This document shows positions 26,638-34,575 of a DNA stretch of 64,000 bases, one piece after another; the stretch's first letter is position 1; each line of letters begins with the position of its first letter. The position numbers were made by a program, and so were the translations under genes. This stretch comes from Microvirga sp. (GTDB lineage: Bacteria; Pseudomonadota; Alphaproteobacteria; Rhizobiales; Beijerinckiaceae): contig DASQML010000030.1 of the NCBI GenBank assembly GCA_035645515.1, positions 67,001 through 131,000 of the forward strand, in the 5' to 3' direction. Under the pieces are notes generated by a model that worked only from the letters and a program-made list of their open reading frames with translations, had not been told where the DNA came from and did not search any database.

Positions 26638-27608
26638 CAAGGCGCCTCGATCAGCCGGCCGAGATCCGGCGTGCCGCGCAGGAAGCCCACGGCCTGCGCG
26701 CTCGTGACGAAAGACTGGAACGCGGAGAGCGTCACATCGGCCGTGATGGTCATGCGCGAAAAGGCGCGGGCGACGAGTTCAGGCGCCATGTCCACCTTGA
26801 ACGTCGCCTGCAGTTCTTCCCGCGCGAGGCGCTGCGCTTCGTCCGGGTTCTGCTTGATCCATTCCGTGAGCTCGCGATGGGCCGCCACGAAGCGCTTCAC
26901 GAGATCGCGGTTCTTGGTGAGGGCGTCTGCGCTGGAGACGAGCACGGTGGTGATCGCGTCCTTCTCCTCCACCAGCACCTTGCCGCCGGCTTCCGATTCG
27001 AGGCGGGACACCCACGGCTCCACGGTCCAGACCGCGTCGAGCTGCTTCGACTGGAACAGGGTGAGCTGGTCGGGATTGGAGGTGGGCACAACCTGCGCGT
27101 CGCCGCCTGTCTGCGTGATGCGCAGGCCCCCGGCCACGAGCCAGGCACGGGCGGCCACGTCCTGCGTATTGCCGAACTGCGGCGTGGCGATACGCTTGCC
27201 CTTGAAGTCGGCGGCCTTCGACAGGGTCGAATCCTTCTGGACCACGAGGGCCGAGCCGCCGTTCACCGCGCCCGCCACCACGCGCACCTCGTCCCCGCGC
27301 GAGCGCGCATAGGCGTTGAGCGCCGGGTTCGGCCCCACATAGGTGAGGTCCAGGGAATTGGCGAAGACCGCCTCCATGGCGCTGGGGCCTGCGTTGTAGA
27401 CGTACCATTCGATCCTGGTGCCGGGGCCGAGCCGATCCGCGAACCAGTTCCTGCCCTGGCGCTCCATGGCCCGGGCCACCAGGGCCTGCACGTGGGTGAT
27501 GTTGGGAAAATGCCCGACCCGAAGGGTTGCGCCCTGCGCGAAGGCAGGGGCATAAGCCGCCAGCGTGGCCAATGCCGCGAAGAGGGAAAGCCGCCATCCA
27601 TGTCGCAT
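26637..27608 (-). CDS. NMT1/SsuA-like periplasmic substrate-binding protein
   Basis: Signal peptide MRHGWRLSLFAALATLAAYAPAFAQG, and LRVGHFPNITHVQALVA typical of aliphatic sulfonate/nitrate SBPs. An AGGAGA RBS is present. Confidence 0.85.
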   Translation of the reverse strand: MRHGWRLSLFAALATLAAYAPAFAQGATLRVGHFPNITHVQALVARAMERQGRNWFADRLGPGTRIEWYVYNAGPSAMEAVFANSLDLTYVGPNPALNAYARSRGDEVRVVAGAVNGGSALVVQKDSTLSKAADFKGKRIATPQFGNTQDVAARAWLVAGGLRITQTGGDAQVVPTSNPDQLTLFQSKQLDAVWTVEPWVSRLESEAGGKVLVEEKDAITTVLVSSADALTKNRDLVKRFVAAHRELTEWIKQNPDEAQRLAREELQATFKVDMAPELVARAFSRMTITADVTLSAFQSFVTSAQAVGFLRGTPDLGRLIEAP

Positions 27609-27769
27609 CGGTCATTCTCCTGTGACGGAGAAACAGGCTAGGCGATCCGGAAGCAAGGTCAATGGCAGGGGTGGTTCCTCATAAGGCGAGAGCTGCGCCT
27701 TCTCCCTTGCGCTGCCGCGGGAATCATGAGGGAATCGGACGGGGGCATCCTGTGGAGAGGGAGGCCGTC

Positions 27770-28327
27770 ATGCGAAGCTATTACGTGTTCCAGGCCGTGA
27801 GCATGCCTGGCCTGCGCGGTTACACCGACGAGCCGCGCGCGGACCTGTTGCCGCCGGAATACGGGCCCTGGATCATGGCCCGGGAAATCGGTCCCGACGG
27901 AGAATGGGATCTCGACACCAGCCGGGCGGTGGTGGCCGCCGGCATCCTGGAGAACGGCTACTATCTCTCGGGGCCGGTCAACCAGCCCGCACCCCGGTCC
28001 ATCATCGAGAGCGACCGCGTGGAGGGCACGGCGGTCTACGACCGCGACAACCGGCAGATCGGCACCATCAAGCGGCTCATCATCGAGAAGGTGAGCGGGC
28101 GTGTGCTCTATGTGGATGTCACTTTCGGAGGCCTGTTCGGATTGGGCGTGCATCATCACACCATTCCATGGGACAAGCTCACCTACGACACGGAGCTCGA
28201 AGGCTATCACACCGACGTCACGGAAGAGCAGCTGCGCGGCTCGCCGCTCTTCACGCACGAGCGCGAAGGCAAGATCGGGAAAGACCGTGAGCGGGAGATG
28301 CGGAACTACTGGCTCAATCGGCCCTAA
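27770..28327 (+). CDS. PRC-barrel domain protein with an unrecognised ~90-aa N-terminal region
   Basis: The C-terminal IESDRVEGTAVYDRDNRQIGTIKRLIIEKVSGRVLYVDVTFGGLFGLGVHHHTIPWDKLTYD is a PRC-barrel. ATG 27770 follows GGAGAGGGAGG. Confidence 0.75.
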   Translation: MRSYYVFQAVSMPGLRGYTDEPRADLLPPEYGPWIMAREIGPDGEWDLDTSRAVVAAGILENGYYLSGPVNQPAPRSIIESDRVEGTAVYDRDNRQIGTIKRLIIEKVSGRVLYVDVTFGGLFGLGVHHHTIPWDKLTYDTELEGYHTDVTEEQLRGSPLFTHEREGKIGKDREREMRNYWLNRP

Positions 28328-28442
28328 AACGCTCACGCCAACGCTATAACCTGTGTTTTGTTTGCCACTGATCCGCCATATCACGGGAATACCAACCGCA
28401 TTCTTCGTTCTTGTTGAAGTGGAACAGCGTGCGAGTATCACC

Positions 28443-29102
28443 ATGCATATAGCCAATCTCCAAGCGGTCCGCCGGTCGCGCGGTGTTGCAGCGTTTCAAT
28501 GGCTTCGTGTCGTCATCGTGCTCGCGCTGGCCGGGGGCGGCGCATTCGCAGTTTCCCTCTCGACGGACCATCGGGATGCATCGTCCGGCATCACCGCAGC
28601 CGACGTTCAGGCCGCGAGCAGTCCGCGCATTTCCGACACAAGCACCGTGACGGCAGAAGCATCGGCGCAAGCATCCTCGACACAGGTGGCAAGCGCGGAT
28701 GCAGGCGTTTCCGATCTCACCGTCGATCATGCCATGGACATGGGCTCCTCCGCAGAGGCCACGCCGCAAGCCCTTGCTCCCGAAAAGCCTGCCATGGCGA
28801 GCAGCGATGCGCCTCCTCACGAGGCGAAGCAGGCGAGCGCCCACGAACCGCCGCCGCCCGCGGCGCCTGAAATGACAGGCGCCGTGAACGTCGCGAGCAT
28901 CGCAAGCAATCCGCCGGCCGACGATCTCATCGATCTCAATACGGCATCCTTCGAACAGCTCAACACGCTCAAAGGCACCGGTCCTCTCGGCCGCGCCATC
29001 ATCAAGGGCCGCCCCTACGCCTCGGTGGAGGATCTGGTCAAGCGCAAGATCATCCGCCGCACGGCCTACGAGAAGATTAAGGATCAGGTGACGGTGCGGT
29101 GA
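28443..29102 (+). CDS. ComEA-like helix-hairpin-helix DNA-binding protein (TM anchor, Ala/Ser-rich linker, HhH)
   Basis: The C-terminus DLIDLNTASFEQLNTLKGTGPLGRAIIKGRPYASVEDL is a ComEA-type HhH motif. The N-terminal TM helix is WLRVVIVLALAGGGAFAV. Confidence 0.7.
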   Translation: MHIANLQAVRRSRGVAAFQWLRVVIVLALAGGGAFAVSLSTDHRDASSGITAADVQAASSPRISDTSTVTAEASAQASSTQVASADAGVSDLTVDHAMDMGSSAEATPQALAPEKPAMASSDAPPHEAKQASAHEPPPPAAPEMTGAVNVASIASNPPADDLIDLNTASFEQLNTLKGTGPLGRAIIKGRPYASVEDLVKRKIIRRTAYEKIKDQVTVR

Positions 29103-29156
29103 GGGGGACGTATCCCCCAACGAGCGGAGATGATGCGCAGCCCATCCATCGTGCCG

Positions 29157-29194
29157 CCGGCATGGCCGGGCTCGTTCCGGCCATCCACGTCTTT
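29157..29194. repeat. short GC-rich palindromic unit (CATGGCCGG...CCGGCCATCCACGTCTT type)
   Basis: Hairpin CATGGCCGG/CCGGCCATC. An inverted copy with a few substitutions lies at 49202-49238. Confidence 0.5.
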
Positions 29195-29266
29195 GAATTG
29201 TCACGCGCATGAGACGTGGGTATCCGCATCAAATGCGGACATGCGATAGGAGGCTGGAAAAGCCCC

Positions 29267-29593
29267 TCACTCCTCCGGCCGTCTGAGCGCGCCCTCGATC
29301 ATTGTCACTCGTCCGATGAGTTCCGGCGGTGGGTTGGTCCAGTCGACTTCCCTAGGCTTGCGGTCGTGCCGGTAAATCATCCAGCGACCGCGTCGGTCCT
29401 GGTACACGCCGTAGATCAGGTGGCCTTCGGGCTTGCGTGAGAAATGAACGAGGTCGCGCAGGCCGCGCATGACGAGCCATGTGATGCCAAGCGTGGTGGC
29501 GGGAATGGCGATGAGCCACAATCCTTGAATGGGTTCGGGCCAGGTGTGAAACTTCGAGAGCCAATCGGCCACGATGCTGTAGGGCTGGTCCAT
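29267..29593 (-). CDS. small membrane protein, hypothetical (108 aa)
   Basis: MDQPYSIVADWLSKFHTWPEPIQGLWLIAIPATTLGITWLVMRGL..., one TM helix and a basic C-terminal half. A GGGGAG RBS is present. No family recognised. Confidence 0.5.
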   Translation of the reverse strand: MDQPYSIVADWLSKFHTWPEPIQGLWLIAIPATTLGITWLVMRGLRDLVHFSRKPEGHLIYGVYQDRRGRWMIYRHDRKPREVDWTNPPPELIGRVTMIEGALRRPEE

Positions 29594-29599
29594 CGCTTT

Positions 29600-29654
29600 C
29601 AACTCCCCTTCAGGTGAAGCGACCACCAGCAACACGCTGGTGGCCGGGGAGTTG
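29600..29654 (-). promoter_or_regulatory. 5' leader stem-loop that pairs with the Shine-Dalgarno of the 108-aa ORF
   Basis: On the mRNA, CAACTCCCC (29654-29646) pairs with GGGGAGTTG (29608-29600), and the latter contains the SD. An inner 8-bp hairpin CCACCAGC/GCTGGTGG is nested inside. Confidence 0.35.
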
Positions 29655-29886
29655 AGAAGCCGCCCAAGGACGACCGCGCTGTCCTTTAGGCTTTCGCCCT
29701 GGACATGCGACAGCGCCTCCCCGACCGTAAGGTTGGGAAGGCATCGTTAGCGGCGGATGCTTGCGCCGCCTTGGGTCGGGGTTTTCACGCCCCAGAACCG
29801 GGTGCGCCCGGCTCCAGGGACGAGATAACACGTAACAATACTCGCGGGTCAATGGGATTGAGCACTCGCGTCTCCACGGCAGCACC

Positions 29887-30005
29887 GTCATCCCCGCGCA
29901 GGCGGGGATCCAGAACCACAGCGGCTGGAGCAAAGGGGCTGCGGGAGCCGCTGGTCTCATTCTGCACTGGCAGCGGTTATGGATTCCCGCCTTCGCGGGA
30001 ATGAC
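29887..30005. repeat. two short palindromic units (GTCATCCCCGCGCAGGCGGGGATCC and GGATTCCCGCCTTCGCGGGAATGAC)
   Basis: Hairpin-forming units. Related units occur at 30561-30643, 32431-32454, 32560-32594 and 33841-33866. Confidence 0.5.
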
Positions 30006-30036
30006 AGGGAAGGGTTTATCTGTCGCGCAGGCCGTC

Positions 30037-30315
30037 TCAATCCCGCTGCGGCTTGGTGGTCGCGCTTTCCGTCAACTTCGGAAGCTCCTGCGTCATCCAG
30101 GCGACCATCTCGGCGCGCGTCCTGAGGTGGGATGGCATGGGGACGAACGGCGCGTCCGCGTCCTGGAAATCCGGGTTGCCGCCCGCTTCCGGCTCGAAGG
30201 GCTCGGCATAGGGAACGATGGGGGCTTGCCTGCCGAACAGCAGGACGAGCAGGGACAGCATCCCAAAGGCGCCAACGAGGACCGAGAGGAAGTCGAGGGT
30301 GAGGCCAGTAATCAC
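30037..30315 (-). CDS. small membrane protein, hypothetical (92 aa)
   Basis: GTG at 30315 lies 6 nt after GGAGA. The sequence is VITGLTLDFLSVLVGAFGMLSLLVLLFG... followed by an acidic/Pro-rich tail. No family recognised, so this call is tentative. Confidence 0.35.
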   Translation of the reverse strand: MITGLTLDFLSVLVGAFGMLSLLVLLFGRQAPIVPYAEPFEPEAGGNPDFQDADAPFVPMPSHLRTRAEMVAWMTQELPKLTESATTKPQRD

Positions 30316-30560
30316 GGCGCGTCTCCAGCAGGAACCCGTATGATAGCAGCTATCCCACGCCGGTGAGTAGCTCCGTCTCACATGGGTGTTTGCAGGCGGC
30401 TCGAAAACCTCTCTTTCTCGATGAATGATCCGGATTGAAGGAGGAGCATCCGTTTGGAGAGTTTGATTCCTCCTTCCAAATCCTCCGCCGTCGTTCTTAC
30501 ACCTTTATTCGGCTCCCTCCTGAACGGTCGTCATGACATCGAAGTCGTCATTCGCTCAAA

Positions 30561-30643
30561 GTCGTGGATCCCCAGCCTCAGGCCGAGGATGACGGGAGGG
30601 GCGGCCGGGACAAAGCTCCCCGTCATTCCCGCGTAGGCGGACC
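30561..30643. repeat. two short palindromic units of the same family
   Basis: GTCGTGGATCCCCAGCCTCAGGCCGAGGATGACGG and CGTCATTCCCGCGTAGGCGGACC. The first is near-identical in design to 32560-32594. Confidence 0.5.
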
Positions 30644-30839
30644 CGAGGGGCCGCGCCGGATGCGTGGAAATCCATAAACATCGAGGGTGCAGAATGAGGC
30701 GGGCGGGAACCGCCACACCTTTCCTTGGACCGCTGTGGTTCTAGGTCGTGAACTCATAAAAGATCTTTCATCTGCAGGGAGTTGAAGATTCACCTCCCGC
30801 TTACAGCCCGCCGCCCAGCAAAGTGGATGCTCGAAACGC

Positions 30840-31634
30840 TTATAGCGTGGCCCGCACAAGTGCGTCCGTCTCGTGATCAGCCGGATACAGCATCTCAAGT
30901 GCGAGTTCTGACAAGGTGATGTCGGTGGCCGTACCAAAGATTGTCACTGTACTGAAGAATGACAGATCTCCAAGGCTGCTACGGATCCGCAACGGCAAGG
31001 CGAGAGCATGATGTTCGTTCGTTACCCGCTTGGAGACGCTCATCCCTGACTGATTGTGCAAGCCCTCAGCTTCGTGGAGGAGACCTGCCAGACGTTGATC
31101 CCCGCTCAACTCGAACTCCCGCCTAAGGCGGGTCAACAGGTGCTCCGCCCATTCTTTGTAGTTGAGGATGCGCGGCGCCAATCCCCTAGGATGGAAGGTC
31201 AGCCTCATAACATTGACTGGCGGCTCAAGCAGGGACGGGTCGATCCCATCGTAAAGCCCCGGAAGCGCACCGTTCGACAAGATCACGTCCCAGTTCCGAT
31301 CAATGGCGAACGCCGGATAGGGTTTGTGCGCCTCAATGATCTTCTCGATGGCCGAGCGCAGGAGATCGGATGGTGGGCTCTTATAGAGCATGTCCTCGAA
31401 AGCTGGAGCATAGCCGGCAGCAAGCAGCCAGGTGTTTCGTTCGCGCAGTGGGATATCGAGATCTTCCGCCAGTCGAAGAATGAGGGAGCGGCTTGGTAAC
31501 GAGCGGCCCAGCTCGACAAATCCGAGATGACGGGTGGACACATTGGCGCGAAGTGCCAGCTCCATTTGCGTCAGGCGGCGACGCTCCCGCCATGTCCGAA
31601 GATGCGTGCCAAACGAACTTGTCACTTCAGTCAT
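30840..31634 (-). CDS. XRE-family HTH regulator with MmyB-like ligand-binding domain
   Basis: LRTWRERRRLTQMELALRANVSTRHLGFVELGRSLPSRSLILRLAEDLDIPLRERN is the characteristic MmyB-like N-terminus. At 264 aa, the length fits. Confidence 0.85.
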   Translation of the reverse strand: MTEVTSSFGTHLRTWRERRRLTQMELALRANVSTRHLGFVELGRSLPSRSLILRLAEDLDIPLRERNTWLLAAGYAPAFEDMLYKSPPSDLLRSAIEKIIEAHKPYPAFAIDRNWDVILSNGALPGLYDGIDPSLLEPPVNVMRLTFHPRGLAPRILNYKEWAEHLLTRLRREFELSGDQRLAGLLHEAEGLHNQSGMSVSKRVTNEHHALALPLRIRSSLGDLSFFSTVTIFGTATDITLSELALEMLYPADHETDALVRATL

Positions 31635-31691
31635 CCCTGCGAGTCCTTTGAGCCAGCATCCACCTGATTGCAGTGATCATGCCCAAAGAAA

Positions 31692-31708
31692 ACTACCTGT
31701 CAGGTAGT
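31692..31708. promoter_or_regulatory. perfect 8-1-8 palindrome ACTACCTG-T-CAGGTAGT, candidate operator
   Basis: It sits centrally in the 150-bp divergent region between the MmyB-like regulator and the ABM gene. Confidence 0.4.
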
Positions 31709-31784
31709 AGACCTGACGCAGTTCGGGCGGCTAATCGTCCAACGTACCCTGGCATTGAACGACACCAATAGAAAGGATGAGGGA

Positions 31785-32111
31785 GTGCCTGTCACCTATT
31801 GCATAAAATTTGATGTTGTGCCTGAGCGACGAGAGGAGTTCTTGAAGCTGCTGACCGGCGTCCTCGATGCCATGCGCCTTGAGCCGATGTTCCATGAGGC
31901 CATATTGCACGAAGACCCAGCCTCGCCGTTCCGGTTCATGCTCTACGAAACATGGGAGAGCCATGAGGACGTGCTTGATGTACAGCTGGCACGCCCCTAC
32001 CGCAAAGAATGGCACGCCTCCCTGGAGCGCATCCTTGTCCGTGAACGGGATATCACGGTATGGACCCCAATTCGGAGGGATGGGATTGCCTCGTATCAAG
32101 AGGGCTCCTGA
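31785..32111 (+). CDS. antibiotic-biosynthesis-monooxygenase (ABM) domain protein
   Basis: IKFDVVPERREEFLKLL...FRFMLYETWESHEDVLDVQLARPY is a ferredoxin-like ABM fold pattern. GTG 31785 follows AAAGGATGAGGGA. Confidence 0.75.
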   Translation: MPVTYCIKFDVVPERREEFLKLLTGVLDAMRLEPMFHEAILHEDPASPFRFMLYETWESHEDVLDVQLARPYRKEWHASLERILVRERDITVWTPIRRDGIASYQEGS

Positions 32112-32199
32112 CGGGCGTCGTAATATTATTCCTTAAAATCGCGACGCGTCGCTCTCTTCCACAGAGACCGGGGCAGTGGCGCTCCCGTACGCTTCAGGT

Positions 32200-32431
32200 T
32201 CGTGTGTGCGTTGCAGAGGGATACTTTGATCCGTAAGGGGCGACCGCTGCTGGGCGCCTACTTCAACAGGCGGCTTGCCATGAGCGCAATCTGATCGATC
32301 GCTTCTTCTCGAAACTAAAAGCACTTCCGCCGCGTCGCTACCCGCTAGGACAAGCTCGCCGCCAACTTCCTCGCCATGATCCAACTCGCCTCGATGCGGC
32401 TGTGGCTCCGAGCTATGAGTTTACGGCCTAG
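32200..32431 (+). pseudogene. IS5-family (IS427/IS1031-like) transposase C-terminal remnant
   Basis: Translations read ...HERNLIDRFFSKLK, a frameshift, HFRRVATR*DKLAANFLAMIQLASMRLWLRA, a frameshift, then YEFTA*. This is the conserved transposase tail, broken by TAG at 32346-32348 where Tyr is expected and by at least two frameshifts. The 5' limit is uncertain. Confidence 0.7.
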
Positions 32432-32594
32432 ATCCCCGCCTGCGCGGGGATGACGCGAGGGTCGGCCGTGACTGAGCGCACCGTCATGGCCGCATCAGAC
32501 GTGCCTCTGCCGTCATGGCCCAGCGTGTCTCGGCTCTCCCCGTCTTCACCCGCTCAAAGGCGTGGATCCCCAGCACGAAGCCGGAGATGACCGG
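32431..32594. repeat. short palindromic units abutting the IS remnant
   Basis: GATCCCCGCCTGCGCGGGGATGAC at 32431-32454 and GCGTGGATCCCCAGCACGAAGCCGGAGATGACCGG at 32560-32594. Confidence 0.5.
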
Positions 32595-32687
32595 GGAGGA
32601 TTCTGCGCTTCATCCGCCTTGCGTTCATCGGGCCTGGAGCAAGACCGGGGATAACGCGGTGCCAGGGCTCGCCTGGCCGAAGGGGGG

Positions 32688-32903
32688 TCATTCCGCCCTG
32701 CGCTTGTGCGGGCGAGGGGAGCGGGGGTCGGATCCCGGTGCCTGGGACATCTTTTCGCGCCGCTCAATCGCTTCCTGGGCCAGGCGCCGGATATCCTCCA
32801 GCTTCCCTTCCTCGGACAGCCAGAAACGTCCGAGGGTCTTCAGAATCTGTTCGAGCGCCGCATATGGGTCGACGCTGTCAGGCGTTGCAAGCGAGCCTTT
32901 CAT
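32688..32903 (-). CDS. hypothetical small helical protein (71 aa)
   Basis: ATG 32903 follows GGGGGA. The sequence is MKGSLATPDSVDPYAALEQILKTLGRFWLSEEGKLEDIRRLAQEAIERREKM... No family recognised. Confidence 0.35.
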   Translation of the reverse strand: MKGSLATPDSVDPYAALEQILKTLGRFWLSEEGKLEDIRRLAQEAIERREKMSQAPGSDPRSPRPHKRRAE

Positions 32904-33104
32904 GGCAATCCCCCTAAAGGTTCGGAGGTTTTCCTCCGATATTTTTGTCCCGGCTATGCCATCACGCGCGAAAGCATGCCGGTCGATGAAGTGTGCGGAA
33001 TGTTTTTGCGGAATGCAATTACTCCTTTCAGATCTTTGCGTTCGGGTCTTCAGATCTTTCCAAATGCGCAAAGATCCGCCGTCGAATGCTGAGGCTGCCT
33101 CCCT

Positions 33105-33689
33105 TCAGATCCCGCCGCCGTTCTCGAACCACCATTCCCGGACCTCCCAGCCATAGCCTTCCTCCTCCATGATGCGGTTGAGATGCGCTTCGAGTTCGTC
33201 GCGCAGCTCGTGAAGGGAACGGGCAGGTGCCTCCTCATCGAAAGCTGTTTCCTCGCGCAGGGACGCAGGATGCACCTGCGGACGATCCGGCTTGATCCTG
33301 TCGATGTCCCCGAGCACGCGGGTGAGGCGGGCGAGGGGCTGGAGAGAACGCTGGGCGAGCTCCACCGGCATGTCTTCGAGCGCTTCGGCATGACGCTCGG
33401 TGAGCTGCCAGAGCTTTCGCGTGACCCGCTCGCGCGGGCTGCCGGTGCGGGCCGGAACGGCGGCGCCCGGCGGACGGTGCCAGCCCTCCTGCGCCGCATA
33501 GCGCGAAACGGTGGCAAGCGACACGCCGATCTCCTCGGCGATGCGCTTGTAGGACCGGGTCGTGCCCTCCACGAGGTCGCGCATCGCAGCAATGCGGGCA
33601 GGGGTGAGCTTTTCGCGGGGCGACCGTGAGGGCTTGGCTGGTTTCGGGGATTGGTCAGGCGAAGAGGGACGGGGCGAATGCGAGGTCAT
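33105..33689 (-). CDS. hypothetical protein with a helix-turn-helix segment (194 aa)
   Basis: TRSYKRIAEEIGVSLATVSRYAAQEG is HTH-like. The N-terminus is Pro/Ser-rich and the C-terminus acidic. The family was not recognised. Confidence 0.6.
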   Translation of the reverse strand: MTSHSPRPSSPDQSPKPAKPSRSPREKLTPARIAAMRDLVEGTTRSYKRIAEEIGVSLATVSRYAAQEGWHRPPGAAVPARTGSPRERVTRKLWQLTERHAEALEDMPVELAQRSLQPLARLTRVLGDIDRIKPDRPQVHPASLREETAFDEEAPARSLHELRDELEAHLNRIMEEEGYGWEVREWWFENGGGI

Positions 33690-33943
33690 GGCGATCAATC
33701 ACTAAGAACAAAACGTGAACAATATAGCGGATGTGGGAAAACAGTCAAGGTCGGGGTCGGCTCCGGGGCGTCGCCATTGGGGCTGCGAAGCCCAATTCAC
33801 GGATGTCCGCATGGTATGACGGCCCTTGGGTCTCGCCGCTGTTACCCGGTACTGGCGGGATGACAGTCGAGGTTCACGCGGTCCATTCTGCCGGCGCACC
33901 GATTGGCTCGGCCGCACGGGTAGAGCATGAACAAAGGGGCAGC

Positions 33944-34552
33944 ATGACGGTTCTCAGGCGCGCTTTATCGCTGGCATGGCACGGTTTCCTCGTTCTCGCG
34001 GCGCTGTTCGTGTTCGTGGGGGCCGGCACGATGGCGGAGATCGCGCTTTATGCCTCGCACTCCAGCGAACGGCCGGCGGATGCGGCGGTGGTGCTGGGCG
34101 CGGCGGTCCATACCGACCGGCCATCGCCCGTGTTTGCAGAGCGCATCCGCCATGCGGTGAGTCTCTTTCGGGCGGGACGGGTGAGCAGGATCCTGATGAC
34201 CGGCGGCCTCGGGCCAGGCGACCGGCGGACGGAGGCTGAGGCCGCGCGGGAGTGGAGCCTGGAACAGGGCGTACCTCCAGAGGCGATCCTGCTGGAGAAG
34301 ACCTCCCGCACCACGCAGGAGAATCTGGCCTTCGCCAAGCCGATTCTGGAGCGACATGGCGTGAGGCGTGTGCTCATCGTCAGCGATCCGCTGCACATGC
34401 GCCGGGCTATGGCGATCGCCCATCGGCTCGGCTTCGAGGCGGAGCCGTCACCGACTCCGACGAGCCGCTATGTGGGATGGAGGGCCTGGAGCCGGTTTCT
34501 CGCAGGGGAAACCTATTATCTCACCCGCTGCCGGGTGACCGGGTATTGCTGA
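33944..34552 (+). CDS. YdcF/ElyC (DUF218) family protein
   Basis: ADAAVVLGAAV...RIRHAVSLFRAGRVSRILMTGG...TSRTTQENLAFA...VLIVSDPLHMRRA are the hallmark DUF218 motifs. Confidence 0.85.
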   Translation: MTVLRRALSLAWHGFLVLAALFVFVGAGTMAEIALYASHSSERPADAAVVLGAAVHTDRPSPVFAERIRHAVSLFRAGRVSRILMTGGLGPGDRRTEAEAAREWSLEQGVPPEAILLEKTSRTTQENLAFAKPILERHGVRRVLIVSDPLHMRRAMAIAHRLGFEAEPSPTPTSRYVGWRAWSRFLAGETYYLTRCRVTGYC

Positions 34553-34575
34553 AACGCTGTTTTTCAAGGGTTTTC

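Noticed and set aside
29610-29960. Track ORFs inside the repeat-rich gaps: 29610-29960(-), 29705-30004(+), 30454-30636(+), 30531-30716(-), 30623-30937(-), 32515-33156(+), 32546-32767(-), 48892-49095(-) and 49139-49507(-).
   Set aside because: Their sequences are translations of the palindromic repeat units (WIPACAGMT, SWIPSLRPRMTG, KAWIPSTKPEMTG and similar). They have no RBS and no coherent protein features.
32133-32384. 83-aa minus-strand ORF.
   Set aside because: It lies antisense to the recognisable IS5-family transposase remnant on the + strand.
32706-33092. 128-aa + strand ORF that would end near the + strand terminator-like hairpin.
   Set aside because: The hairpin at 32922-32947 lies inside, not after, this ORF. 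The translation is Arg/Gly-rich without features, and the opposite-strand 71-aa ORF has the better RBS and a helical sequence.
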